A stretch of DNA of 64,000 nucleotides from Verrucomicrobiota bacterium (lineage in GTDB: Bacteria > Verrucomicrobiota > Verrucomicrobiia > Limisphaerales > UBA11358), in assembly GCA_050010675.1 (NCBI GenBank), contig JBEKKN010000002.1, positions 14,277 through 78,276 of the forward strand, in the 5' to 3' direction. Both the position numbers and the translations under genes were made by a program. The stretch's first letter is position 1; the number at the start of each line of letters is the position of its first letter. Below, piece by piece: positions 42,901-54,852 of the stretch. A model generated the notes under the pieces. It did not search any database and was not told the DNA's origin. It was given only the letters and a program-made list of their open reading frames with translations.

Positions 42901-42965
42901 GGCCAGAATTTTTTTACCTCGCGGTCGTTCCTCGACCCGAAGATCATTTTTATGAGCCCAATCAT
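39903..42965 (-). CDS. secA: Preprotein translocase ATPase SecA
   Basis: Motifs MATGEGKTL, DEVDSILIDEARTPLIISG, GRGTDIKLG and the C-terminal zinc motif CPCGSGKKFKHCCG. Confidence 0.95.
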   Translation of the reverse strand: MIGLIKMIFGSRNDREVKKFWPVVRRINELEAGLQKLSDDELRQKTADWKARLAQIQDRKELAGALDEILPEAFAVVKNACRRLTERKAEVVVRGRPVIWEMIPFDVQLIGGMALHRGKIAEMATGEGKTLVATMPIYLNALTGRGVHVVTVNDYLAARDSEWMGAIYKFLGLSVGCILHDQTPQVRREQYQCDIAYGTNAEFGFDYLRDNGMAVRKEDQVQRGHFYAIVDEVDSILIDEARTPLIISGPSLHTFDEQYAQWKSTVESLVRAQERLCGRFLSEAESLMKKLNPADGSNVPDGAALESEIGRLLFRVKTGQPKSEGLLKLLENPENLRLMNQAELDLHRDQKKVDLYREKEELLFAIDEKSHEADLTEKGRNVVSPKDPEAFVLPDLTTLLHEIDTGPETDARKRMEAKTKLQQDFETKAQKIHSISQLLKAYSLYQKDVEYVVQANKVIIVDEHTGRLMTGRRWSDGLHQAVEAKEGVEIERETQTLATITIQNYFRLYKKLAGMTGTAETEATEFLDIYKLGVLTIPTNQPNIRKDTHDSVYKTRREKFIAVVGEIKELHALGRPILVGTVSVEASEMLSRMLKREGLIHSVLNAKYHEQEAEIISRAGQRGAVTIATNMAGRGTDIKLGPGVTEVGGLHVLGTERHESRRIDRQLRGRCSRQGDPGSSHFFISLEDDLMRLFGSDRIVKMMEKMGLEEGQELSHPLLNRSIQQAQKRVEQHNFQIRKRTLEYDDVMNKQREVIYGFRNEIINAADVRDRLMDILEEVVILKVEQFTDVDTEPGEWKVRQLADWVNLNFPLGMPEAEIIKAADSGKETPVPGSIFAGLSPAQFAVCNFISDNIRKAYEVKISFEQPEKLAVVERYTILSAIDKLWQEHLYEMDSLRYSIGLRGYGQRDPLVEYKAEAYKIFDELMVSVKSEICHNIFRSASSMMAFENFLRNVPQQTLHQSASAFGQPPNPDQTKPSDVVSEAAAAAEKVKPVRTGPKVGRNDPCPCGSGKKFKHCCGK

Positions 42966-43170
42966 GACAATTTGCGGAAATGGCAGGTGACACGCTACGC
43001 GAGGAACCGCCCACCGTCAAAATGAATCGGCGGCAGCCGGGGTATCACCGGCGAGGAATGGAAGCGCGCATAACGCCAACCCACGAAGCCGGCGACCTGA
43101 TCATTTCTGGCTTGCGTTAAAGCGGGTTACCTTACAGGCTCGGCGGCTGGAATTGACGGCGTATTTTTTA

Positions 43171-43473
43171 ATGAGCAATCCCGCGGAACTCAAACGGCAA
43201 ATCAAACGCATGTTGGTGGAAAACCTCATGCTTCAGAGCACAGCGGATGAAATCGGCGACGACCAGCCGCTCTTCGGTCCGGGCGGTCTGGGATTGGATT
43301 CGGTGGACGCGCTCCAGATCGTGGTCGCGCTCGATAAAAATTACGGCCTGAAAATTCCCGACCCGGAAACGGCGCGGAAGATTATTCATAGCGTCAACAC
43401 CATCGCCGCCGCCGTCGAAAACCGCCAATCCGAAGGTTCGGGAGCGGTGAAGACTCCCGTGACACCCGGGTAA
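43171..43473 (+). CDS. Acyl/peptidyl carrier protein-like (phosphopantetheine attachment site)
   Basis: The motif GLDSVDALQIVVALD carries the carrier Ser. The gene is isolated from any lipid or NRPS genes. Confidence 0.65.
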   Translation: MSNPAELKRQIKRMLVENLMLQSTADEIGDDQPLFGPGGLGLDSVDALQIVVALDKNYGLKIPDPETARKIIHSVNTIAAAVENRQSEGSGAVKTPVTPG

Positions 43474-43503
43474 AACACAACCCCATGTAACGGAAGCGGG
43501 CGC

Positions 43504-43692
43504 TTAGACCCACCCCATGATTTCACGCTCGGCTTGCAGCCAGTCATCCATTTCATGACCCGGCTCGGCGCCGCGGTTGAGGTAAATCTCGTGGGCGCGG
43601 GCTTCGATTTGCTCGTGGAGGGAAGTATCCTCAAAAATGCCGATCTTTCGATTCGGCGATTTTTTTTCGCTTTTCTTGCTGATTGTTTGCAT
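43504..43692 (-). CDS. DUF2934 family small protein
   Basis: The motif IEARAHEIYLNRGAEPGHEMDDWLQAEREI is typical of this family, as far as I recall. Confidence 0.65.
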   Translation of the reverse strand: MQTISKKSEKKSPNRKIGIFEDTSLHEQIEARAHEIYLNRGAEPGHEMDDWLQAEREIMGWV

Positions 43693-43915
43693 GGTCGGTT
43701 TTCGCTTCGGTTTAACAGGTTGAGGTTAAAAAAATCAATACGGCTGGCCCGATTTCAGCACCTTCCGTGCCGGGACGGAGCATGATCGAAAACCTGATGG
43801 AAATCCCTGAACTGACAATGTGTTCTGCGGACACTGATTCTTTCCATCAGTTTTTTAAAATTGTTCCCGAAAACCACTGTTCCCGGCCAAATCAGCATAA
43901 AAAACGTGCAAATTT

Positions 43916-43931
43916 TGGCACGAGTGGTGCT
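43916..43931 (+). promoter_or_regulatory. Candidate sigma-54 (-24/-12) promoter
   Basis: TGGCACGagtgGTGCT matches TGGCACG-N4-TTGCW in the GG and GC positions and spacing. It lies about 110 nt upstream of the response-regulator ATG. Confidence 0.4.
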
Positions 43932-44039
43932 TTTTCATGGCCTAGCAAGCTGGTTACGAGTTGTAACTGCGCCGGGTCATCCTGGGTGAATCGAGTTGTG
44001 CCGCTCGTCGCAGAGTTAATGCGGTGAAAAATTGGAACC

Positions 44040-46970
44040 ATGATAAGTGTTAAAACCATTCTTTTTGTTGAGAACGACCCGGTTTCCCAGACCATGTACC
44101 AAAAACGTCTGGAGCGCGAAGGGTTTCATCTCGAGTGCGCGCAAGACGGACAGGCGGCCCTCGATATTCTTTCCGAGCGCGCGCCCGATCTGGTCTTGCT
44201 GGACCTGATGCTGCCCAAGGTCAGCGGCGCCGACGTGCTCAAATACATGAACGCGGATCCGCGCCTGACGACGGTGCCCGTGATTATTTTTTCCAACGCT
44301 CCGATGACCGAGGTGCCGCCGGACAGCCCGCTGGCCCGGAGCGCCAAGCGTTTGCTTAAAAGCGACTGCACCTTCCCCAAACTGCTTGAGACCATCCAGG
44401 AGACCCTTGCCGTCACCCCTGAATTTGTGGTGATCGAAGCGGGCAAATCGTCCCCCACCCAGTCCAATGGGGGAACCAATGGGGAAAGCAAGAATGGCCG
44501 TTCCAGCATCACCCTGGCCACTGATTCCGAAACCAAGGCCGCAAAGCTACGCGCGGAATTTCTCAAGGAGGCTTTGCCGGTCATGCCGAAAATTCGCGAG
44601 CACAGCATGGGATACATCAAAGCCCCGGAGTCACCCGCCAGCCAGGCCCACCTTTCCGGACTGCACCAGCGCGTGCATTTGCTAAACACCGCCGCCACGC
44701 AAGCCGATTGCGCGCGCGTCGCCTTGTTGACACATACCTTCGATGCCTTGCTGTCCGGGATTCTAGACAAACCATCGACCGTGACTCCGTCGGTGCTGCA
44801 AACCATCGCCCAGGCGGTGGATGGTCTTGATGGTTTGTTGAAAAACAAGGACGGCTATTCCACCGGCCCGGCATTCCAGGCCAGAGTGCTGGTGGTGGAC
44901 GACGACACCGTCTGCAATCACGTCAATGTGACCTCCCTCAAGCGCGTCAATTTTGATACCGTCGGCGTCAAGGATCCGGCCGCGGCGTTGAGCCTGCTGG
45001 AAACCACTGAATTCGACCTGGTCGTGCTCGACATCAACATGCCCGGCATGACGGGCTTTGATGTTTGCGAGAAAATGCGCAAGCTGCCGCATTGCAAGAA
45101 GACCCCGGTCATTTTTGTCACCGCGTTCAGCAACTTTGACAACCGCAAACAAAGCGTGCTCAGCGGCGGCAATGACTTTGTTTCAAAACCCGTTTCCCCC
45201 CTGGAATTGGCGCTGAAAGTAACAGTTAATTTAATCAAGGCACGGGTGCAAGGCGTCCATGCGACATCATCGCAAAATGGCTCCACCCCGGTGAACGGTT
45301 CCTCACACGCGCCCCAGCCTGCGGCCAAGCCCAAAGCCGACCGGCCGGTCGAAGCCGAAACGCAGCCCCCGGAACCTCCTTCCCGGTTAACGCTGAACGC
45401 CGGGTTGGGAGTTAAAGATGCCAAAATCACCAACCCTCCCCCCGAGATCAGCCCCGAACCCAAAGCCCGTCCGGCCGGCGCACCCGCACCGCCCCAGCCA
45501 TCCAAAGGTTCGCCACCCGCCCGCCCACCGGGCAATGCTCAGCCGCGAAGCGGGGAAATTATCGAACGCCTGCGCCAAAGCACCGCGGGCCTGGAACAGG
45601 CCAAGGCCGGCCTGGAACAGGAATCCACTGAGCGGGTACGCGTCGAGTCGCAATGGCGTCAGCAACTGAGCGAAGCCCGGGCCCTGCTCGGACAGACCGA
45701 GGGCGTCATCAAGGAAAAGGAAGTCCGATGTGGCCAGTTGGAGAAGGAACTGGCCGAATTGCGACAGGTCCGCGACGATTTACAGAACAAGCTCAAAGTC
45801 GAGCAGCAGACCACGGCAAAATCGCAACAGGAAATCAAGGAAGTCCAGGAACGATTGCGCCAGGGCACCGCCGAATTGGAAAGCACCAAAGCCAATTTGG
45901 AAAAACAATCCGCCGAGCGAACCCGGCTGGAATCGGAATGGCGCGAGCAATTGAATGCGACCAAGGCGGCCGCCAGCCAGACCGAAGCCACGCTGAAGGA
46001 AAAAGTGGCCCAATCCGGCCAATTGGAAAAGGAACTGGCCGGAATCCGGCAGGTCCGCGACGAGCTGCAAAACAAATTTACGACGGAGCAACAGGCCGTC
46101 GCCAAGGCCCAACAGGAAATCAAGGAACTCCAGGCCAGCTTGGGACAACAGGCTGCGGAGCGGGTGCGCCTGGAATCGGAATGGCACGAACAATTGAATG
46201 CCGCGAAGGCGTCCGTCGCCAGGACGGAAACCGCCCTCAAGGATAAAGAAGCCCGGTGCGGCCAGTTGGAAAAGGAATTGGGCGGATTGCAGCAGGTCCG
46301 TGATGAGCTGCAGAACAAATTCGCGGCTGAGCAACAGGCGGTAGCGAAGGCCCAACAGGAGATCAAGGAACTCCAGGAGCGCCAGCGCCAAAGCGTGGCG
46401 GAATTGGAACGCGCCAAAACGGCCCTGGAACAACAGTCCGCCGAGCGAACCCGTCTGGAATCGGAATGGCGCGAGCAGTTAAACGCGGCGAAGACGGCCA
46501 CGGGCCAGATGGAAAATGCTCTCAAGGAAAAGGCGTCCCATTGCGGCCAACTGGAAACGGAGCTGGCCGGACTGCAACAGGCACGGACTGAGTTGCAAAA
46601 CAAATTTACAGCCGAGCAACAGGCCACGGCGAAATCCCAACAGGAGATCAAGAGCCTCAACGAACGCCTGCAACAGAGCGCCACAGAATTGGAACGCACC
46701 AGGGCCGGCCTGGAACAGGAGTCCGCCAAACGCACGCGGCTGGAATCGGAGAACCAAAATCTGGTGCAAACCCGGGAAGCGCTGAATCTCGAATTACGCG
46801 GCCTGCGCGAGAGCCAGGCGGCGCGTGAGGCTGAACTGCGGGACCGGCAGCGGAAACTGGCTGAAGGTTTGCGCGAAAACATTCAACTGTTGCAGTCGAG
46901 GTTGCAGGAAGCCGAGGCTTTTGGCGGTGACTCCAACGGTGCCCCCCATGGCAAGTCCAACGGGCGTTAA
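44040..46970 (+). CDS. REC - Hpt-like - REC response regulator with long repetitive coiled-coil tail (FrzS-like architecture)
   Basis: There are two receiver domains (LVLLDLMLPKVSG and LVVLDINMPGMTG...SKP). A helical segment with conserved His lies between them. A Pro-rich linker and roughly 450 aa of coiled coil follow. Confidence 0.75.
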   Translation: MISVKTILFVENDPVSQTMYQKRLEREGFHLECAQDGQAALDILSERAPDLVLLDLMLPKVSGADVLKYMNADPRLTTVPVIIFSNAPMTEVPPDSPLARSAKRLLKSDCTFPKLLETIQETLAVTPEFVVIEAGKSSPTQSNGGTNGESKNGRSSITLATDSETKAAKLRAEFLKEALPVMPKIREHSMGYIKAPESPASQAHLSGLHQRVHLLNTAATQADCARVALLTHTFDALLSGILDKPSTVTPSVLQTIAQAVDGLDGLLKNKDGYSTGPAFQARVLVVDDDTVCNHVNVTSLKRVNFDTVGVKDPAAALSLLETTEFDLVVLDINMPGMTGFDVCEKMRKLPHCKKTPVIFVTAFSNFDNRKQSVLSGGNDFVSKPVSPLELALKVTVNLIKARVQGVHATSSQNGSTPVNGSSHAPQPAAKPKADRPVEAETQPPEPPSRLTLNAGLGVKDAKITNPPPEISPEPKARPAGAPAPPQPSKGSPPARPPGNAQPRSGEIIERLRQSTAGLEQAKAGLEQESTERVRVESQWRQQLSEARALLGQTEGVIKEKEVRCGQLEKELAELRQVRDDLQNKLKVEQQTTAKSQQEIKEVQERLRQGTAELESTKANLEKQSAERTRLESEWREQLNATKAAASQTEATLKEKVAQSGQLEKELAGIRQVRDELQNKFTTEQQAVAKAQQEIKELQASLGQQAAERVRLESEWHEQLNAAKASVARTETALKDKEARCGQLEKELGGLQQVRDELQNKFAAEQQAVAKAQQEIKELQERQRQSVAELERAKTALEQQSAERTRLESEWREQLNAAKTATGQMENALKEKASHCGQLETELAGLQQARTELQNKFTAEQQATAKSQQEIKSLNERLQQSATELERTRAGLEQESAKRTRLESENQNLVQTREALNLELRGLRESQAAREAELRDRQRKLAEGLRENIQLLQSRLQEAEAFGGDSNGAPHGKSNGR
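45564..46760 (+). repeat. In-frame tandem repeats (285, 285, 243, 285 nt plus a partial unit) encoding coiled-coil units
   Basis: Units start at 45564, 45849, 46134, 46377 and 46662. Each carries ...RLESEWREQLN...GQLEKELAG..QVRDELQNKF..EQQ..AK.QQEIKELQ. Confidence 0.85.
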
Positions 46971-47172
46971 ACCAGCTTCCCACCCGTGACCATTCCGCGG
47001 ATCGGCAGGTTCTGACCCGGCCCGGGCGGGCTTTTGCATTTGAGGCCGCTCCCGCAAACAAACTTGCCTGCGGCCCATATTCATGTGAAATACCTGTCCG
47101 ATGAATTGTGTCGGACCCAAAGCCAATGCCGGCAAAGGGTTCGTCAATGACATCTCATTCAAAACCAATAAA

Positions 47173-47248
47173 GTCCCCGTAGCTCAAATGGATAGAGCAG
47201 CGGTTTCCTAAACCGTTGATCCCAGTTCAATTCCGGGCGGGGACGCCA
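47173..47248 (+). tRNA. tRNA-Arg (anticodon CCU), CCA encoded
   Basis: My manual fold gives acceptor gtccccg/cggggac, D arm gctc/gagc and anticodon arm gcggt-ttCCTaa-accgt. The T arm has loop ttcaatt and one A-C mismatch. Total length 76 nt. Confidence 0.9.
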
Positions 47249-47358
47249 TTTTAATCCGCCGTCTGGCAAAATGCCGCCACGGTTGAATGCTTTTACCAAC
47301 AACCGGTCGAATTAAATGGGGTTATATGATATGGTGCAGACGACAACCCGGCCGCCAC

Positions 47359-49236
47359 ATGAAAAAAACCACTTCACTCAAATTCATTTTAGGCCCGGCG
47401 ATCCTGGCGTGGGCATTGATGGGCGATCACTCAGTGCAAAACGCCCAGGCTCAAATAGCATCAACAACAACAGCAACTGTTCCCGGGCCCAGCAGCACCG
47501 ATCTCATCACCTCCGCTTCGCCGGACAATGCGACCACTGCCGGCACGCTGCCGCCGGACGTTGATCCCAACAGCCCGCTCGCACAGGTCATCCGGCTGGT
47601 GCAGGCTGGTGTCGAGCAAAGCGTCATCCTGACGTACATCAGCAACTCCGCCGGCCCGTTCGGCCTCAATTCGGACGAGATTATTTACCTGAATGATCTT
47701 GGCGCACCTTCGGAAATCGCCAATACGATGCTTCAACACGACCAGCAATTGCAGCAAGCGGGTGTGACGGCGAACGCACCCCCGGCAACACCGCAGAACA
47801 CCGCGGAGAGCCCGGCGGCGGCGCCCGCTGACACAGCCGAAGCCACGACGGCACCGCCGGCTGACGTCACGGTGAATTATTTTTATGACACGCTCACACC
47901 TTATGGCGGATGGGTGAACGTAGCCGGTTACGGCTGGTGCTGGCGGCCAACGATCGTCGCTTACCACGCCGGCTGGCAACCCTATTGCGACGACGGACAT
48001 TGGGTCTATACCGACTGCGGCTGGTATTGGATTTCCGGCTATTCCTGGGGTTGGGCAACCTTTCACTACGGCCGCTGGTTTCAAATTCCCCGCTACGGCT
48101 GGTGTTGGTGGCCGGACACGACCTGGTCGCCGTCCTGGGTGTGCTGGCGCCACGACCGGGATTACTGCGGCTGGGCGCCATTACCACCCCATGCGGTATA
48201 TCAATCCGGCGTCGGGTTCGTTTATCAAGGCCATGCCGTCAGTGCCGGTTTTGATTTTGGCTTGAGCGCCGGCGTCTTCACATTTGTGCCGACACGGGAT
48301 TTCTGCGACCCCCATCCGGAGCGTTTTCGCATCAAAGCAGATGGGGTCACGCATATCTACAACCAGACCACGGCCATCAATAACTTCAATTTTGACAGCC
48401 GCCACCAAGGCATCGTCAATGCCGGCATCCCGCCGCAAGAGATCACTGCGGTCACCCGACAGGCGATTCACCCGGTTACCATTCGCGCCGGAAATGGAAG
48501 TGTGGCCTGGAACGGGCGGGGTGAACAATTTGAGCGCAACGACAACACGCTGACCGTAAATCGCCCGCACTTTGTCGGCACTCCGGTCCTGACTTTGCAT
48601 CAGGGCACTCCCCCGGCAACCGACCGCGGCCAGAATGATTTTCACCCGGTCGTTCCGGGGAATCAAAATTCCGTTTCCCCGCACCCGGTAAATCCCGGTC
48701 AAAACAATCTCCCGCACCAGGACATAAGACAAAATTCGCAACCGAACCTTTATCGAACCCCGCCGCGGGTACCGCAGACCCAGCAACCGGACGCGATCCA
48801 CGTCACCCCGTCCAATCCGCAGGGCAACAACAACCATACGGTGACTGTGCCGACCCGAAATTACCTGACCGGGCCGACCGAAAATCAGACGCCAAATCAT
48901 AATGACAACTCCAACGGCAGGGTTTTGTCCCCGCGGGCGACTGGTTCCGGACCGCAACCACCATCCGGGACCACCTATAACTCTCAACCGCGGGGCAACG
49001 CGGCAACGGGACAACCTTCTTACAGCCCTCCGCCCGTCAATCATTACTCTCCGCCACCAAATATTAATAATGGCGTACCGGCGAATGAAGCGCACAATGA
49101 CAACCAGCACTTGAATCATTCCGATCCGCCGCCACGGGCGGTTCAACCACATTCATACCCCTCTTCCCCATCACCGTCGCCGCAACCACCCAACAATCAG
49201 GGTCAGGACAGGGACAAGGACCAAAACGGACATTGA
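47359..49236 (+). CDS. Secreted protein with Trp/Tyr/Gly/Cys-rich (YxWGxW-like) repeats and a long Pro/Asn/Gln-rich tail
   Basis: Signal peptide MKKTTSLKFILGPAILAWALMG. The core reads GYGWCWRP...GWYWISGYSWGWATFHYGRWF...YGWCWWP. The C-terminal approx. 250 aa are low-complexity. Confidence 0.6.
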   Translation: MKKTTSLKFILGPAILAWALMGDHSVQNAQAQIASTTTATVPGPSSTDLITSASPDNATTAGTLPPDVDPNSPLAQVIRLVQAGVEQSVILTYISNSAGPFGLNSDEIIYLNDLGAPSEIANTMLQHDQQLQQAGVTANAPPATPQNTAESPAAAPADTAEATTAPPADVTVNYFYDTLTPYGGWVNVAGYGWCWRPTIVAYHAGWQPYCDDGHWVYTDCGWYWISGYSWGWATFHYGRWFQIPRYGWCWWPDTTWSPSWVCWRHDRDYCGWAPLPPHAVYQSGVGFVYQGHAVSAGFDFGLSAGVFTFVPTRDFCDPHPERFRIKADGVTHIYNQTTAINNFNFDSRHQGIVNAGIPPQEITAVTRQAIHPVTIRAGNGSVAWNGRGEQFERNDNTLTVNRPHFVGTPVLTLHQGTPPATDRGQNDFHPVVPGNQNSVSPHPVNPGQNNLPHQDIRQNSQPNLYRTPPRVPQTQQPDAIHVTPSNPQGNNNHTVTVPTRNYLTGPTENQTPNHNDNSNGRVLSPRATGSGPQPPSGTTYNSQPRGNAATGQPSYSPPPVNHYSPPPNINNGVPANEAHNDNQHLNHSDPPPRAVQPHSYPSSPSPSPQPPNNQGQDRDKDQNGH

Positions 49237-49441
49237 AGTTCCACTGGTCGGAGTGGCCAGTGTACGCTGGAAGCCGGACGGCTTTTTGCTTTCACAACTT
49301 TTCCGCGGCAGGCAAAGTGGGCGCGTGAGCATCACCCGTCGGCAATTCGAACAAATGCAACAGCGGCTGGGCGGCGCGACGACGCGCGCGGCCGCACCGG
49401 TATTGGCGGCCGACTTGCGGGCGCCCCTCTCCGCCCATGGC

Positions 49442-49936
49442 GTGATCCTGGGGGTTGACCCGTCACTCCGCGGCACCGGCTATGGCGTCATTCGCCTCGC
49501 CAAACCGCATCCGCTGACCCTCTGCCACGGCACCATCTCCTGTCCGCAAAACTGGGAACGCTCGCGTTGCCTCGTCAAAATCGTGGAAACCTTGCGCGAG
49601 GTCTTGAAACAAAACCAGCCGACGGTCTGCGTCGTCGAGGGACTTTTTTACGCGCAGAACCTGCAAACCGCCATCATCATGGGCGAAGCGCGCGGCGCCG
49701 CGCTGGCGGCCATCGCCGAAGCCGGCCTGGAGATTTTCGAAATCGCGCCCCGCAAAGTGAAGCAGGCCATCGTCGGTTACGGCGCGGCACAGAAATCCGC
49801 CGTGGCCAAAATGGTCCAGCGCCTGTTGGACCTGCCGAAACCACCCGCGCCCGATGCCGCCGACGCGCTGGCGCTGGCCCTGGCGCACGCCCAGGGAAAT
49901 TCGCGCCACCAACTGACGCCGTCGAAGCGAATATGA
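49442..49936 (+). CDS. ruvC: Crossover junction endodeoxyribonuclease RuvC
   Basis: Motifs ILGVDPSLRGTGYGVI, VVEGLFY and PDAADALALALAH. The start is uncertain: the ORF is open from 49253, an ATG lies at 49355, and the GTG at 49442 gives the usual size. Confidence 0.85.
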   Translation: MILGVDPSLRGTGYGVIRLAKPHPLTLCHGTISCPQNWERSRCLVKIVETLREVLKQNQPTVCVVEGLFYAQNLQTAIIMGEARGAALAAIAEAGLEIFEIAPRKVKQAIVGYGAAQKSAVAKMVQRLLDLPKPPAPDAADALALALAHAQGNSRHQLTPSKRI

Positions 49937-49958
49937 ATATTTTTCACTCTGCCTTCGC

Positions 49959-50564
49959 ATGATCACCTTTCTCCACGGCACACTGGTTGAGGCGCTGCCC
50001 ACGCAGGTGATCATTGACGTCAACGGCGTCGGTTACGAAGCGCTCATTCCCCTGTCGTCGTTCGACAAGCTGCCGCCACCCGGTGGGGACGTGAAACTGC
50101 TCACGCAACTGGTCATCCGCGAGGACGCCCACACGCTGTATGGATTCATGACGGTGGCGGAACGGGACCTGTTCCGGCTGCTGGTCAATTCCGTCTCCGG
50201 TATCGGGCCGAAAACCGCGCTGAATATCCTGAGCGGCATGAACCCGGTCGCCTTTCGCGGCGCGGTGGCCAACAGCGATGTGAAATCGCTTTCACAGATC
50301 TCTGGCGTCGGCAGGAAAACCGCCGAACGCATCGTCGTCGAATTGCGCGATAAAATCGGCGCCGCCGGCGCCTGGGAGGCGGCCAGCGCCCGACACGCAC
50401 TTTCGCCGGATGACCAAAAAATCAACGACGCCGCGCTGGCCCTCATGGCGCTCGGGTTCAAGCAGGTTGAGGCGCACGACGCCGTCCGCGCCTCCCAGAC
50501 AATGCTCGGTGCCAGGGCCACCGTGGAAGAACTGGTCCGGGCTTGTTTGAAAAAAGGAGCGTGA
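49959..50564 (+). CDS. ruvA: Holliday junction branch-migration complex subunit RuvA
   Basis: Motifs MITFLHGTL, VNGVGYE, LYGF, GIGPKTAL and GVGRKTAERI. Confidence 0.9.
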   Translation: MITFLHGTLVEALPTQVIIDVNGVGYEALIPLSSFDKLPPPGGDVKLLTQLVIREDAHTLYGFMTVAERDLFRLLVNSVSGIGPKTALNILSGMNPVAFRGAVANSDVKSLSQISGVGRKTAERIVVELRDKIGAAGAWEAASARHALSPDDQKINDAALALMALGFKQVEAHDAVRASQTMLGARATVEELVRACLKKGA

Positions 50565-51289
50565 TGGTCACCGGAAATCCTCAATCACCAGTGCCGGCCG
50601 CCCGTCGCGAGCCCCGAAAATCCGGTGTGGTCGTGCCGAATTTGCCGAAAGGGTACCAACGGCTCGGCGCCTGGGTGGTTTGGGCCGCCCTGCGCCTGGT
50701 GGCGGCGACGCTGCGTTACCGGATCCATGATCCGCACGGATTCATGGGCCAAAAGGATTTCGGACCGGCGATTTACTGTGTCTGGCATAACCGTCTCGCG
50801 CTCTGCCTGAAAGTATACTTTACCTTCGGCCGCTGTCGCCACCGGGCCGCCGGGCTGGCCGCAATGGTCAGTGCCAGCAAGGACGGGGCGTTTCTCGCGG
50901 CGATTCTGGAACGTTTCGGCGTGCAACCCGTGCGCGGTTCATCGAGCCGGCGCGGACCGCAGGCGTTACTGGAACTGACCACCTGGGCCGAGCGCGGCTA
51001 CGACCTGGCCATCACGCCCGATGGACCGCGCGGACCGCGCTACGTGGTGCAGGAAGGCGCCATGGCACTCGCCCAAATCACCGGGCTGCCCCTGGTTCCC
51101 GCGTCGTATCATTTGCACTGGAAAATCCAGTTGAAAAGCTGGGACCGCTTTCAAATTCCACTGCCGTTTTCGCGTTGCGATGTCTTTGCCGGCCGGATCA
51201 CCTCGGTGCCACGCAAAACCACGGACACCGAGCGCGAGGAATTGCGCAGGCAGTTCGAGGCCGAATTGCGTGCCCTGACGCGCGATTGA
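50564..51289 (+). CDS. DUF374-type lysophospholipid acyltransferase family protein
   Basis: The motifs VSASKDGAFLAAILERFGVQPVRGSSSRRG and ITPDGPRGP match the family. The ATG overlaps the ruvA stop. Confidence 0.7.
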   Translation: MVTGNPQSPVPAARREPRKSGVVVPNLPKGYQRLGAWVVWAALRLVAATLRYRIHDPHGFMGQKDFGPAIYCVWHNRLALCLKVYFTFGRCRHRAAGLAAMVSASKDGAFLAAILERFGVQPVRGSSSRRGPQALLELTTWAERGYDLAITPDGPRGPRYVVQEGAMALAQITGLPLVPASYHLHWKIQLKSWDRFQIPLPFSRCDVFAGRITSVPRKTTDTEREELRRQFEAELRALTRD

Positions 51290-51295
51290 CGAGCC

Positions 51296-54211
<2,916 letters not shown>

Positions 54212-54249
54212 GGCCAGAGACATGAAGGGTCGTTGCTTCTGGCGTGAAA

Positions 54250-54852
54250 CTATTGGTTGAGACCGGCCAGCAGCGTTTCCAGTCCCTGGCGGCGTGGTTC
54301 CAGACTTTTCTGCACCGCGTACTGGTTCAACCGGTAAATCCCCCAGTAAACCAGGGCGACAAACAGGGCGGAAATCACTCCGATCATCAGTGCCGGAAAA
54401 CCCGGGTTTGACGTGCGCCAGACCGAATGGCCGATGGAAATCCCCAAAGCCACAGTGAACGGCATCAAATACCACCAAAGGACGTTCTTCAGGAGCCAAA
54501 TCTGGTGATTGACCTGCAGCAATGAACCTTCAATGCAAGTTTTGAGGGAATCGCTTGAGGCGGGTTGTTTGCTGCGCTGAAGCAGGCGATCCACCACCAT
54601 AAAGGTGCCGACGCCGAAGCACGCCAATGCCAGCACGGCATCGGTCCAATCGTGATGCCGCATGCCCAGATACAGAAATAATACCGTCAACAAAAAGGCC
54701 ACACCGACTTCCCGCACATCGCGCCAGAATATGGTCATGCGGAATTGCCGTTGATTGCGCCGGACTTCATTCAACAACCCGTCGGCGTTGATCAGCACCT
54801 TCGCGCCCGGGTCCTGGCATTGCCAGGCTTTTTGCAGTTCTTCAAAGTTCAT
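54250..54852 (-). CDS. Membrane protein co-transcribed with the ECF sigma factor (possible anti-sigma/partner)
   Basis: 200 aa with 4 hydrophobic spans. It overlaps the sigma-factor gene by 11 nt. Confidence 0.45.
   Translation of the reverse strand: MNFEELQKAWQCQDPGAKVLINADGLLNEVRRNQRQFRMTIFWRDVREVGVAFLLTVLFLYLGMRHHDWTDAVLALACFGVGTFMVVDRLLQRSKQPASSDSLKTCIEGSLLQVNHQIWLLKNVLWWYLMPFTVALGISIGHSVWRTSNPGFPALMIGVISALFVALVYWGIYRLNQYAVQKSLEPRRQGLETLLAGLNQ

Noticed and set aside
45659-46882. 407-aa Ser/Cys/Arg-rich minus-strand ORF with internal repeats
   Set aside because: It mirrors the coiled-coil tandem repeats of the response regulator on the other strand. Its repeat structure is inherited from the sense strand, and the sense frame has the coherent heptad chemistry.
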